Source: Paraglomus brasilianum
Taxonomy: Eukaryota
Reading direction: 5' to 3'
NCBI GenBank assembly: GCA_910592345.1
Contig: CAJVPI010000362.1
Location: 1 to 33,254, forward strand
Length of the DNA stretch: 33,254 nucleotides
Positions 11,845-25,114 of the stretch are shown here, piece by piece (positions within the stretch are counted from its first letter, which is position 1; each line of letters starts with the position of its first letter). A program made the translations under genes and the position numbers. The notes below the pieces were generated by a model. The model saw only the letters and a program-made list of their open reading frames with translations, was not told the origin of the DNA and made no database searches.

Positions 11845-12258
11845 AACGTGAAACCAATTTTCGTCGTCAATCAGCATTAAAACAACAACCAAGAATCCAA
11901 TGCTTATGAGGCTTATATGTTTGTTAAGCGTAACTGTTGCCAACGTGTGTGCAATGAATTGACCCAGAATATTAAGTACGATTTGAATTTGGATATACCG
12001 ATTGGCTTGATTCTTCCAAAGACGCGAAATCGGTTTTCGCCATAATCCGAAATAGCGCAACAACCAAGAAACCAATGCTCATATAACTTATATTTTCGTT
12101 AACCATAACTGTTGTCGAGGTGTATCCCAAAAATTGACGCAGAATATTATGTACGATTTTAATTTCGATATACCGATTCGTCGAAACGCAAAAAATCGAT
12201 TTCGTCATAATCCGGAATAGCGTAACCAAGAATCCAATGCTCAGATAACTTACGTGTT
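11845..12258. repeat. Degenerate tandem repeat, about 2.5 copies of a 162-175 bp unit, encoding hydrophobic peptide repeats on the minus strand
   Basis: Anchor aaccaagaa(t/a)ccaatgct at 11887, 12062 and 12224. Other shared blocks: cagaatatta.gtacgattt and gatataccgatt. Confidence 0.8.
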
Positions 12259-12555
12259 TATTATCATTGACATGGTGTATTAAATATCAATACATGTTAT
12301 TATGTGAAATTCATCGATACAACAATATGTCGCAAAGTCCATAACAATGTCAGTAGAAATGCAAGTGCATTGTTGACAATGTTGGTGACAATGAGGATAA
12401 TAATAATACGAATTCCCATTGACGGTGTACAACAGTAGTAGCAGAAGTGAAAATGCTGGCCCATTGGGATAAGGAACACTCATTAGGCTACGAAAGTTGC
12501 TATTAATATTAGGATAGCCATGGCCAGCGTCTAGTTGCAACGGAAGAACTGTGCA

Positions 12556-12955
12556 GAGGATTTCGCGAAGGTCTTGATCGTTCCAAGGCGAATATTTCTC
12601 TCCATCATTCATGAAGTTGAGTTCCGCCCCATCATTTCAAGTGCAGGTGGTTGATATATCTTACGTATATATTCTTTGAGACTTCAAGAGACACATGCTT
12701 GATATTTGCAGTCCACTTATTTGCCTTCCGTTTTGGGTGAACCACAACGTCGAAGTCTATAATGAAGACGATTAGAAAAAATATTACGAAACCTCCCAAC
12801 CTTTCCCATTATCTTATACGTACCATGTGTGGACTTGTTGAGTAATGCTGCAACGAAGTGACTTGCTCAAGCAGTTCCTATTCACGGCTCGAAGTGGCGG
12901 TGGTTCGACTAAGACGTGAATATGTTCCTCAGGAGGTGAGTCTGGAAAGTATTTT
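12556..12955 (-). pseudogene. Crinkler (CRN)-family pseudogene fragment
   Basis: Minus strand reads KYFPDSPPEEHIHVLVEPP (the CRN HVLVxxP motif), then TSSRE*ELLEQVTSL/ALLNKSTH, a GT..AG intron (about 12823-12757), then DFDVVVHPKRKANKWTANIKHVSLE/LKEYIRKIYQPPALE/DGAELNFMNDGEKYSPWNDQDLREIL. It has an in-frame TAG (12878-12880) and several frameshifts, and is truncated at both ends. Confidence 0.75.
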
Positions 12956-14132
12956 TGTTGCAAGCATAAAGGACATTATCGTATTACTATGTCTACTCTA
13001 CCCTTGTACACTACTCTATGTCCCCGAGTCACAAAGTCGTTACCTGGCTGAGTAGTCATTGCACGTAAGGTATCTCCCCACCGCCTTACTTCCTCTCTCC
13101 AGAACTTCTTATTCTCTTCACTCCCAGCAGAACCCAACCTCTCCTTCGCGTCTTCAACTGGTAATTTAACTTGCCATTTCGTAAATTTGATGGGAAGACG
13201 CGATGTGATCTGATATACTACGGCTTAATGACGTATTACGTGGAGTGGTTGAAAAGTTTTGATCATGGATTTTATCTTGACAAGTGCTAAAAATAATCAA
13301 AGCTTGAGGTTTTGAGGAACAAGTGAAAAAAAAGTTGGTGCGAGTTGACATTTTGTTGAGTAGCATCCATTTTTTCATGGTACACTAAAACGATTGGGAA
13401 AAAACCGATTTAAACATAATAATAATTTTCAAAAATTCATTCTTCTATTTCGACGATGTGACATTGCCATAAATAAAAATACGTGATTGAAGTTTTGCGG
13501 ACGATTGTTTGAACAACGAAAGGAAAAAAAAAACATTAGAAATGTATGGAGATAAGAATTATATTCATGCGTCGGATTGCGTGTTCAGAGAAATTATCAA
13601 TGTCGTTCCTAATTTCTATGACGAATTAAGCAGTTATTGAGATAAATGTCCACGATCAGAACTTTTCGTATCATCATCACCTTCACACTTTGAATCTGAC
13701 AGCCCTTTAATAGTTATTTTAGTTTCTTTAATGCAATAACAACAAGAGTTGTTATAATGGCACCAAATTTCAATGTTGCAATCTGCCCCAATTGTAAATA
13801 CAACAATGAAGATTTTCGTGTTTTCAACCGAACAACAGCTGTAATTTAACAATGTCGATATGAAATTCTGTACGATTACATAAATGGCGCGCAAATAGGT
13901 GTCATAATGTTCAAATTGCCGCTTAGTTATTCCCAGCGATTCAATATTATTAATGCGATCTAAGACATTAGCAGCGATCTGGGTTTTTTTTTTAGGAATT
14001 AAACTATGTTGTACTGTACTTATGTTTGTCTAATTGAACCGCTGTCGTCTCCGGCGAATTCTAACTAACCGGTTGAGCATAAAATAGTATCTCAATTAAA
14101 ATTGCAAACTTGTCTTACTAGAATTCGGCCTC

Positions 14133-15173
<1,041 letters not shown>

Positions 15174-15515
15174 CAAAAAGAAATATCAAAGTTCTTCTTA
15201 AGAGGGGATATACAATGATGGTGGAAGAAGGTGCTTAACAAAGGTGGGCTTGGCCACAAAGTAAACGAGTACAAGAAATACTATAAAAATTGAGTGAGTT
15301 GGGTGATTGTAGAATATGGATTACGTGGATAAAATCATGTTCAACGGAACCTTTACTATCAATTTATAAATAAATAACATCAACAAGCACAACTACGCTG
15401 AAACCAATATTCTCTGAAAACTTCCACCAGAAACAAATACTTGTAGGATCTCTATAACATAATCATATTTCCGTAACAATCCTATTAAAAACTTTTCCAA
15501 CAGCTTGCCACAGAT

Positions 15516-17175
<1,660 letters not shown>

Positions 17176-17297
17176 GATTCCCGAAGAAAAAAATAAGTGA
17201 ACAATTTTTTTGGGAAGATAATCTATAAAATTACAGTCACATGATCATAAAAATCAAGATATTAGATGGCGTACTTTATTAGAACTTGGTAATAGTA
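17176..17297. promoter_or_regulatory. Very short (122 bp) divergent intergenic region, probable bidirectional promoter with central E-box GTCACATGAT (17236-17245)
   Basis: The LYS1 ATG (17175, minus) and QNS1 ATG (17298, plus) point away from each other. An RTCACRTG-type bHLH site sits near the centre, and TATAAA lies at about 17224-17229. Confidence 0.7.
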
Positions 17298-20200
17298 ATG
17301 GGTCATTTGATTACTGTTGCGACGTGTTCACTAAACCAATGGGCTTTAGACTTTGTGGGGAATTTGGAGAGAATTCTTGAGAGCATTCGGATTGCCAAGG
17401 AGCATGGAGCTAGATTGAGAGTTGGGCCTGAATTAGAGATCACGTAATCAAACTATCTTTCGTATTATATAATGTCCGATCAATGTATTCTGATTAAATT
17501 CATCTTTACGTATATAGTGGATATGGATGTTTTGATCATTTCCTTGAAGGTGAATTAATGTAGTAAACGTTGAATACCTTACTCTATTTTATTAATTCAT
17601 ATCGATTCCGTTCAGGTGATACTTATTTGCATTCATGGGAAGTAATGACCAAGATACTTACATCTGACGATGCAAGAGATATTCTGCTGGATATCGGAAT
17701 GTAAGCAGATTGTCTTATTGGCTTTTATAATTGACATTTTCGCCCTCTTTACGTTGATCATTTTTATGTCTGTTAAGGCCAGTGGCTCATAAGAATGTCA
17801 AATACAATTGCCGCGTCATTCTCTATAATGGAAAGATTTTGTTAATTCGCCCAAAACTATACTTGGCTAATAATGACAACTATCGTGAGATGAGATATTT
17901 TGTCCCATGGCCTGCGCGTTTAGTAGAAGAATATTATCTACCGAGAATGATTAAGAATATAACAGGACAGGTGAACGTTCATATGATGTTGTGATTGCTT
18001 GGGACGTATATTGATATAAAGGCTTCTATTTGGTACGTAGACTACTGTGCCAATTGGTGATGCGGTTATTTCAACATATGACACTTGTATTGGCGTAGAA
18101 TTATGCGAAGAGCTATTTACGCCCAACAGGTCATCGCTGACTCTACGAGTGTGACTTTTTGGTTAACCCGACCACCGAGCTGTTGCACTGACATGTAATA
18201 ACCTCCATTCGCGCTTTCTAGTCCTCATATTAGCATGAGCTTGGACGGTATCGAGATTATAAGTAACAGCAGCGGAAGTCATCATGAGCTTCGTAAATTA
18301 TACAGACGTGTTGACTTGATCAAAGAGGCTACACTTAAAGTATATGGATTTTTAACCTCGTTTATGAATATAGGCAATGTATATAGCATCGTTAGTGTAT
18401 ACGGCTTTACTTTTTACCCTTTATCAAATAGAATGGAGGAATCTACCTCTATGCCAATCAACAAGGGTGCGACGGTGATAGATTGTATTATGACGGGTGC
18501 GCTTTGATTGCCTTGAATGGACGGATAATAGCGCAAGGATCGCAATTCTCATTAAAGGATGTGGTAAGAAACTTAATATAACTGCATAGAAAAAAAAAAC
18601 AGATGAAAAATATTAGCTCTTCATTTACTTACTAGAACATGATTCACGTCAGGAAGTAGTCACCGCAACAATTGACATTGAAGATGTAAGGTCGCATCGA
18701 TGCACAATTAGCAGAGGAATGCAAGCATCTCAAACAGCAGCCTATAAGAGATTCCAAGCTGATATGGCATTGTCACAGCCAGAAATAGACAAGAAGACGA
18801 ATATACGGCCCACGGAAGCTATTCAAGAGTTTTATCATACCCCCGAGCAAGAAATAGCGTAAGAATTAATGGAATATAAACATATCTGTGTTGTCGTTTG
18901 TTAGTTATTACATAAAAAAGCTTTACATCAACAATGATATTAATTGACGCTTGAATGCATTCACTTTTCCTCTACATCCTTTTAGCTTGGGTCCAGCATG
19001 CTGGCTATGGGACTACCTCCGTAGATCAAAAGCTAGTGGATACTTTTTACCACTTAGTGGTGGCATAGACAGTTGTTCAACCGCAATCATTGTATATTCT
19101 ATGTGTAAACTTGTCACGGATGCTGCCCAAGATGGAGGTAGAAAATTAAAAAGAAATGTGTTATAGTATCTGGAAATGGGTTTTATTGTTATTTATTATG
19201 TTTATCATCTTTCAGATGAGAAGGTTATCAAGGACGCCAGAAGAATAGTCGGAGAAAGTGAAGATTCCGACTATGTTCCCTGTGATCCAAGAGAATTCTG
19301 CAAGTAAGTTTAATAAGATAACAAAGCTTGCATGGTCTGCAGAATAAAGATTTATAATCTGTTTTGTTTTGTAGACGACTATTTCATACATGCTATATGG
19401 GAACGGTTAATTCAAGCAAAGAAACACGCGATCGTGCTAAGCGGTTGGCAGATGTAATAGGAAGGTAAGCCCTGTCGCGCGTCGAAGACGAATAATTGAT
19501 TTCGATGAGCTTATTATATCAGGTAATTGCCTAATTTGCATTTTCTTTTAAATAGTTATCATATCGATTTAGATATGGACGATATTGTCAATTCAGTCTG
19601 CAGACTATTCACTTTTATAACCAAACGAACACCAACCTTTCGCTTACACGGCGGAACGAATGTCGAAAATTTGGCGCTGCAAAATATTCAGGTTTATTTG
19701 CTTGATTTATGAATTATGCTTTCTATTATAAGTTAATTGATACGTTGTTGATTTTATTGTGCGTATTGTTATTATTTCTGTTGTCTAACACGGGCAGTTT
19801 GTGTTTAGGCTAGACTTCGTATGGTCGTTGCTTATCTTTTTGCTCAACTTATGCCCTGGGTTCGCAATCGCCCTGGAGGATTACTCGTACTTGGAAGTGC
19901 TAATGCGGATGAATGGTATGGAAGGATATTTAGCTTTAGGAGTATTGTGCCAATTTATTCGAGTCACCGATGCACTTTAACTGATAATATTTTACTTCGA
20001 TCCTATTACTCTTGTCCCCCGCTTGTAGTCTCAGAGGTTACTTTACAAAGTATGACTGCTCGAGTGCGGATATAAACCCTATTGGAGCAATCAGTAAAAT
20101 CGACTTGAGACAATTTATTACTTACGCAAAGAACGAATACCAAATCGACGTACTTGATGAGTATGCTATTTTGGGTTTATTATTATTATTGTTAGCGTTC

Positions 20201-20771
20201 TTAGTTACTAATATATAGTCTGCTATTAGGTTTCTCAATGCAACGCCAACGGCTGAGCTTGAACCAATTACGGGAGATTACGTCCAGGCAGATGAAGTTA
20301 GTACATTTTCCATTGATGAAACGGCAATAATGATTCCGTTACTCAACCTACATATATTAAAAAGGCGGATATGGGAATGACTTATGAAGAGTTGTCGATA
20401 TTTGGAAGACTTCGTAAAATTGAAAAGTGTGGTCCGTTCTCGATGTTCTCCAAATTAGTACATAGATGGGGCGACATACTTCGACCAACTGAGGTATGAA
20501 AGGCGTGTGTACTTATCATTACTGCTCTTGAACACATAATCACATTTCCTTTGATGATATATCACAGGTCGCAACGAAAGTTAAGCGGTTTTTCATCTAT
20601 TACTCAATTAATCGTCACAAAATGACAACGCTTACGCCTGCGTACCATGCAGAATCATATAGTCCAGACGATAATCGATTTGATTTGCGTCCGTTCTTGT
20701 ATAATTCTACTTGGGATTGGCAGTTTGAAAGGATTGATACGCTCGTAAAAGAATTGGAAGAAAATACGTGA
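17298..20771 (+). CDS. QNS1: Glutamine-dependent NAD+ synthetase; 17 exons, 701 aa
   Basis: Starts [19 protein letters not shown]. Nitrilase-domain triad GPELE / RPK / ELCEE. Synthetase motifs [50 protein letters not shown] and [14 protein letters not shown]. Exons: 17298-17443, 17518-17549, 17616-17700, 17778-17970, 18041-18129, 18222-18339, 18432-18563, 18653-18858, 18986-19137, 19216-19303, 19375-19464, 19556-19691, 19809-19915, 20029-20160, 20230-20296, 20365-20493, 20568-20771 (sum 2106 nt). Confidence 0.96.
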
Positions 20772-21282
20772 TGTCACAGTGGTGTATAAACCTTCTGAAT
20801 AAAAATTTGACTTCCCTACAGTGGATGTGTGGAATGATATGTTGCAGAGATCCACCGCCACTAAGAACAAGGGCCTGATTTTGGTATTTAGAATCGTTTC
20901 ATCCAACGTGTCTATAAAAGTTGATCACGAATATGATATTTATATGCGGGGGCGGTAAATTCATTCCCTGCAAGTGTTTTAGAGTTTCAAAGTAAAAATA
21001 ATAGAATTAATACTTGCATCCCAAACCTAATACTAATGACTGCAAAATGAGACAAACATAAACATGGGTATGGCTTAATTTAGATTGGCCCTAACATTAT
21101 CATTTGTTTTAGTAACCAATTAAGTAGGCAACGCGTTTTTATTTGTAATTTGAAAGGGATTTATCGTATTCCAGACCATCGGTTATGTGTACGGCATAGT
21201 AATAGATTTTTTTTCTATCCCCCTTCTATCACGATATCACAATGTCCCCCCTTCTATCTTCGTTCATCGACTACATCATAAT

Positions 21283-21670
21283 CATCTTCCTCGAGCTCCT
21301 CGTCGCCGATTCTGTAGTAAAAATCGCTGCTGCTCCCCCAGCGCATCCAGCAACGCATCCATTTGCCGTTGGTGGTGGGCGGCTTCCTCCTTAAGTAGAT
21401 CTTGCAAGATATATGAGTCCGCAGTTGGGTTCCAGGCTTGCGTTACCATTGAATCTCTGTGGGGAGAGTGTATATATCGTCACCCGAGGGGTGCTTTAGT
21501 TTGAATACTACAAGCGCCGGATCAAACTGATCCAGTCGCTGGCCGATAGTCTCCAATAATACCATATAGTCCGTTGATATGAGTGCGTCCGCCGCCGAGA
21601 ACTGGCTCCTCATCATTAATTGCATGAATGGCCACCTCGACACTGCTTCCTCGAATGTGTCACCGAGAGA
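21283..21670 (-). pseudogene. GC-rich frameshifted coding relic of unknown family
   Basis: GC-elevated island. The minus strand gives GDTFEEAVSRWPFMQLMMRSQFSAADALISTDYMVLLETIGQRLDQFDPALVVFKLKHPSGDDIYTLP, then in a shifted frame DSMVTQAWNPTADSYILQDLLKEEAAHHQRQMDALLDALGEQQRFLLQNRRRGARGR*. Confidence 0.4.
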
Positions 21671-21753
21671 TTGTCAACCGATCTAGTGATTCGTTTTGTT
21701 GTTGTTGCTTGCTATGTCAGCATAGATTCGATTGTTGTGGTGTAGTAAATAGT

Positions 21754-22058
21754 AAAATATTGTCCGGCGTTTCGTAGTAATAGTAGTTATATCTTTTAAT
21801 AAATTTCTTACTGGTTATATCTTTTAATAAAATATCGTCCGGCGTTTCGTAATAATAATAAGTCTTACTGGTTATGTCTTTTAATAAAAATATCGTCCGG
21901 CGTTTCGTAGTAATAGTACGTCTTACTGGTTATATTTTTTAATAAAATGTCGTCCAGCGTTTCGTAGTAATAATAAGTCTTACTGGTTATGTCTTTTAAT
22001 AAAATATCGTCCGGCGTTTCGTAGTAATAGTAAGTCTTACTGGTTATATCTTTTAATA
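21754..22058. repeat. 57-bp minisatellite: 4 full copies plus partial copies at both ends
   Basis: Unit tcttactggttatgtcttttaataaaatatcgtccggcgtttcgtagtaatagtaag starts at 21806, 21863 (58 bp), 21921 and 21978. Partial copies at 22035 and 21754-21805. Confidence 0.95.
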
Positions 22059-22366
22059 ACAACTTCAAGAGACCCGTTGGTCAACATAGAGAATTTACTA
22101 GTGAGAAAATATATGTCTGGGTGAATTTTCTGGACGTGACAGTCTTCTTCACTTTCTTCATATTGTCTATGACTGTTAGGTAACCAAAGTGTAAACTGAA
22201 TATTAAGGACGTCTCTGGCACTATTAGTCTTACAAGTGGCTGTGCCTCTCTGTAAGATTTTATTAGAGAGCACTTGTTCAGATACAGATGTTATGTATAA
22301 TATAATTGAAATAGGAGTAGCGAGTTGATTAATTAGATCAGTCACAAAGTTGTTGAAAAATTGCAC
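22059..22366 (-). pseudogene. Truncated ORF resembling a Glomeromycotina repeat-associated beta-rich (OB-fold-like) protein, interrupted by the minisatellite
   Basis: Reads FFNNFVTDLINQLATPISIILYITSV...LNIQFTLWLP...YFLTSKFSMLTNGSLEVVI and runs straight into the 57-bp array. No ATG at the ORF start. The family assignment is from recall only. Confidence 0.35.
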
Positions 22367-24354
22367 TTTGAATAATTGATTGTAGGTTCCACAAGAATCG
22401 AGGTACGGATATTGACATTTTTTGTGGAACAGAAATTACATAATGCCAGTTTTCTAGCATAAACTTATAATTGGATCAATTGGCATTATCGATCAAAATT
22501 GCTAACGCGTCTTCTAATTGTGGCTATTCGTATTTAGAGTCCAAATAGATATACGAAAAAAACGAAGCTTTTATTAACGATAGATATATGAAAATGAGTA
22601 GAACATTTTGCTACCACCTGTTTCAGTGTTGAAAGCGATCTAGCAATACACTTCGAAAAGAAATTTAAATGGCGATTGAATTTGATAAATTACATGAATT
22701 TAAAGCTCAAATAGATATCGATATGGGGGAGAAATACATATCTAGCATGGCGATGGGAAGCGTGAAATTAATACTGCTGTTTTGATTATTTACATGTGTT
22801 TAAGCCTCAAATAGGTATGTAAGATCGGATAGCTAGAAAAGCTTAAACCAAGAATAATTGGCATAATGGTGGTAGAAAAATCTGTCACAAAACATACATA
22901 AACAAACTATTAATCTAATTTTTATTTATTAAAATTTAGGTCAGTTTAATATTACAGCCTTGTGACGAGATTATGAACCACATATTATTATGTTATTTAT
23001 CAGTCTCTTACAATGTGTGACAATATGAATAAACAAATTGACTGCGATATTTAAGATAATATTGTTCTGTCCTGTTGTTATGACTTGAACGTACTTCTTG
23101 TAGCAATATGAAGAAGTTTTCTCATTATATACACGATATTTGCGAAATATAACTTTATCTATAATTATTATTATACACAGTTTGTTGGTAGGTAAAACTG
23201 TGAATTGCATTCTGTATTCGTCCTCTTACAACTACGCCCTCAGCTGACAGCTATTCACTTTCTCACTCTGCTCAATTTCTCTTGCCAAACCGTTTCAGTC
23301 AATTACACCAGGAAATTTTGTGCTGGCTGACTTTAGTTACGTAGGCCAGCAAAAAGAAATATTAATCGCCTGTTGAGTCAACGGTCACGGGAGAGCAAAT
23401 GATAATTAACCTTGGGAATACAATTCAACAGTTAGTGACTTTTAAACAAGCTTTACTACTCAGGTTTATATCGGTCTGTAGACACTAATCTTAAATTACT
23501 GTGTCGACCTCGAGTTATATGTATATTCCCTCTCGCTGGGATTAAAGCAAAAGCCTATAGTTTGAGTTTATCATAGCTATCTAAAACGCGTTTATTACTT
23601 AGGTGAACAGTTCGTAAACTGCCGCCAGGATATTCGAAGGACAAGTATCTAATATCCTTAATCGATAGAGGTAGTGGTTCGTGCTGCTGTGCTCTACCGG
23701 AGAACAAAATATCAATAATGTATTTCAGAGTATAAAAGAACTACTCGCTTATTAGAAAGGAATATAACATAAGAACTACCAGAACATAAGAAACGGGAAC
23801 GCCCTGACAGTTAACGAAAACTCGAGCTACTTATATATCTAAAAGTGCTACTCGCTACACTTCTATTATTATCAGTGCGTTACCACTGCTACTAATAATA
23901 CGTAGTACTACAATTTAATCCTTATATTAATATAGGCATGAATTCTAAAATCTTCGAGAGGGAATACACGTCAAATAATCTAGGCAAACAAGAATTTTTT
24001 AACTGATTCATCAGGCTATAGATCTTTTACATGAAACTGAGATGTAATATCGAAGTAAAATTGGTGTATTTGAGATTATGCCCGCTCATTCTCCAACTGA
24101 GCGAGAGTTGTACAATTGTAATTTTTTGGCAGTTTACTACGCCAGGAAGTAATCGTGACGTTTTTACTACAGTATGGGATTTTTAATTTCAATTGATTTG
24201 CTGCTATTAATCAACGTACTGTGTCACGAAATAACGCTGAAAACATTATTTGACTTGTTACAGCACGATTGCCAAAAATATGTTATATTATTCGATAATG
24301 AACAGAAATACCACCAGTCAAACCAAAGCTCATAACCGAGGGGAGCGGAATACA

Positions 24355-24408
24355 CAGTCAACCTCGTTAACCAAAGTCAATGGGTCCAAAGCTTAACTTT
24401 GGATTAAC
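24355..24408 (+). mobile_element. Degraded pogo/Tigger-like transposon terminus with internal hairpin
   Basis: cagtcaacctcgttaaccaaagt...actttggattaac. It resembles CAGTCAAACCTCG-type TIRs and has an inverted pair gttaa-ccaaagt / actttggattaac. No partner end was found. Confidence 0.3.
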
Positions 24409-25114
24409 AAAATATTCCGTTTTTCTTCATAATCCGAATCTGCTATCGAACAAAATAATTATCGGTTTACACACGAAGAATAAATGCCAAGACTTTTATT
24501 CTTATAATTAAATAACAAACAAATCAAATTCGTACCCTCATTCTCACTAACAAGTAATACAGTATATATCACAATTTGCGCATATCCATATACATCTGTC
24601 TACCAGCTTTTTTTTTCTCGCTCCAACAAAACATGTGAGATTATTCGACACACTAATGACGTCTTGCCATGTGTACCTTCTCTACGATAAATAGTTATAA
24701 TGCGCTGTTCGAGGTGTGAAATATTCAACCATCCTGTACGCACGCGTTTTTCTAATGTTAAAAGAAATCTTCGTATTATTAATGAGATTCGGTTTAACGT
24801 GTAATAGTTTTCCAGATCGGCAATTTTTTTGCCTATTCTTGCCTATCGCATTAACGATTAAACCTCTTCGCCTGCTTTTTTGCACGAAAAATCGTAATTG
24901 GATTTGATTGCATACTTTCAACTTTATTTTGTTCATTAATTAAATAGTAATTACCCATAACACATTCAATGCGTGTGTCAATTGACTGGTAATAATTGAA
25001 TCAGAATACAAATCTTACATCTATTAAGTTCATTGTACAAGTATTATGTATTTCCTTGTAATAGTATCATTGACCAATACTCTATTAAAAAAATAAATCT
25101 CGACCGTATTTCTT

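Noticed and set aside
12980..13200. Minus-strand open stretch (…KWQVKLPVEDAKERLG…) as the N-terminal part of the CRN pseudogene
   Set aside because: Only a vague likeness to the LWKV-type motif, and it ends in a stop before the HVLV segment. It was not included in the call.
21754..22058. Regularly spaced repeats as a possible CRISPR array
   Set aside because: The units are contiguous with no unique spacers, there are no cas genes, and the context is eukaryotic. It is a minisatellite.
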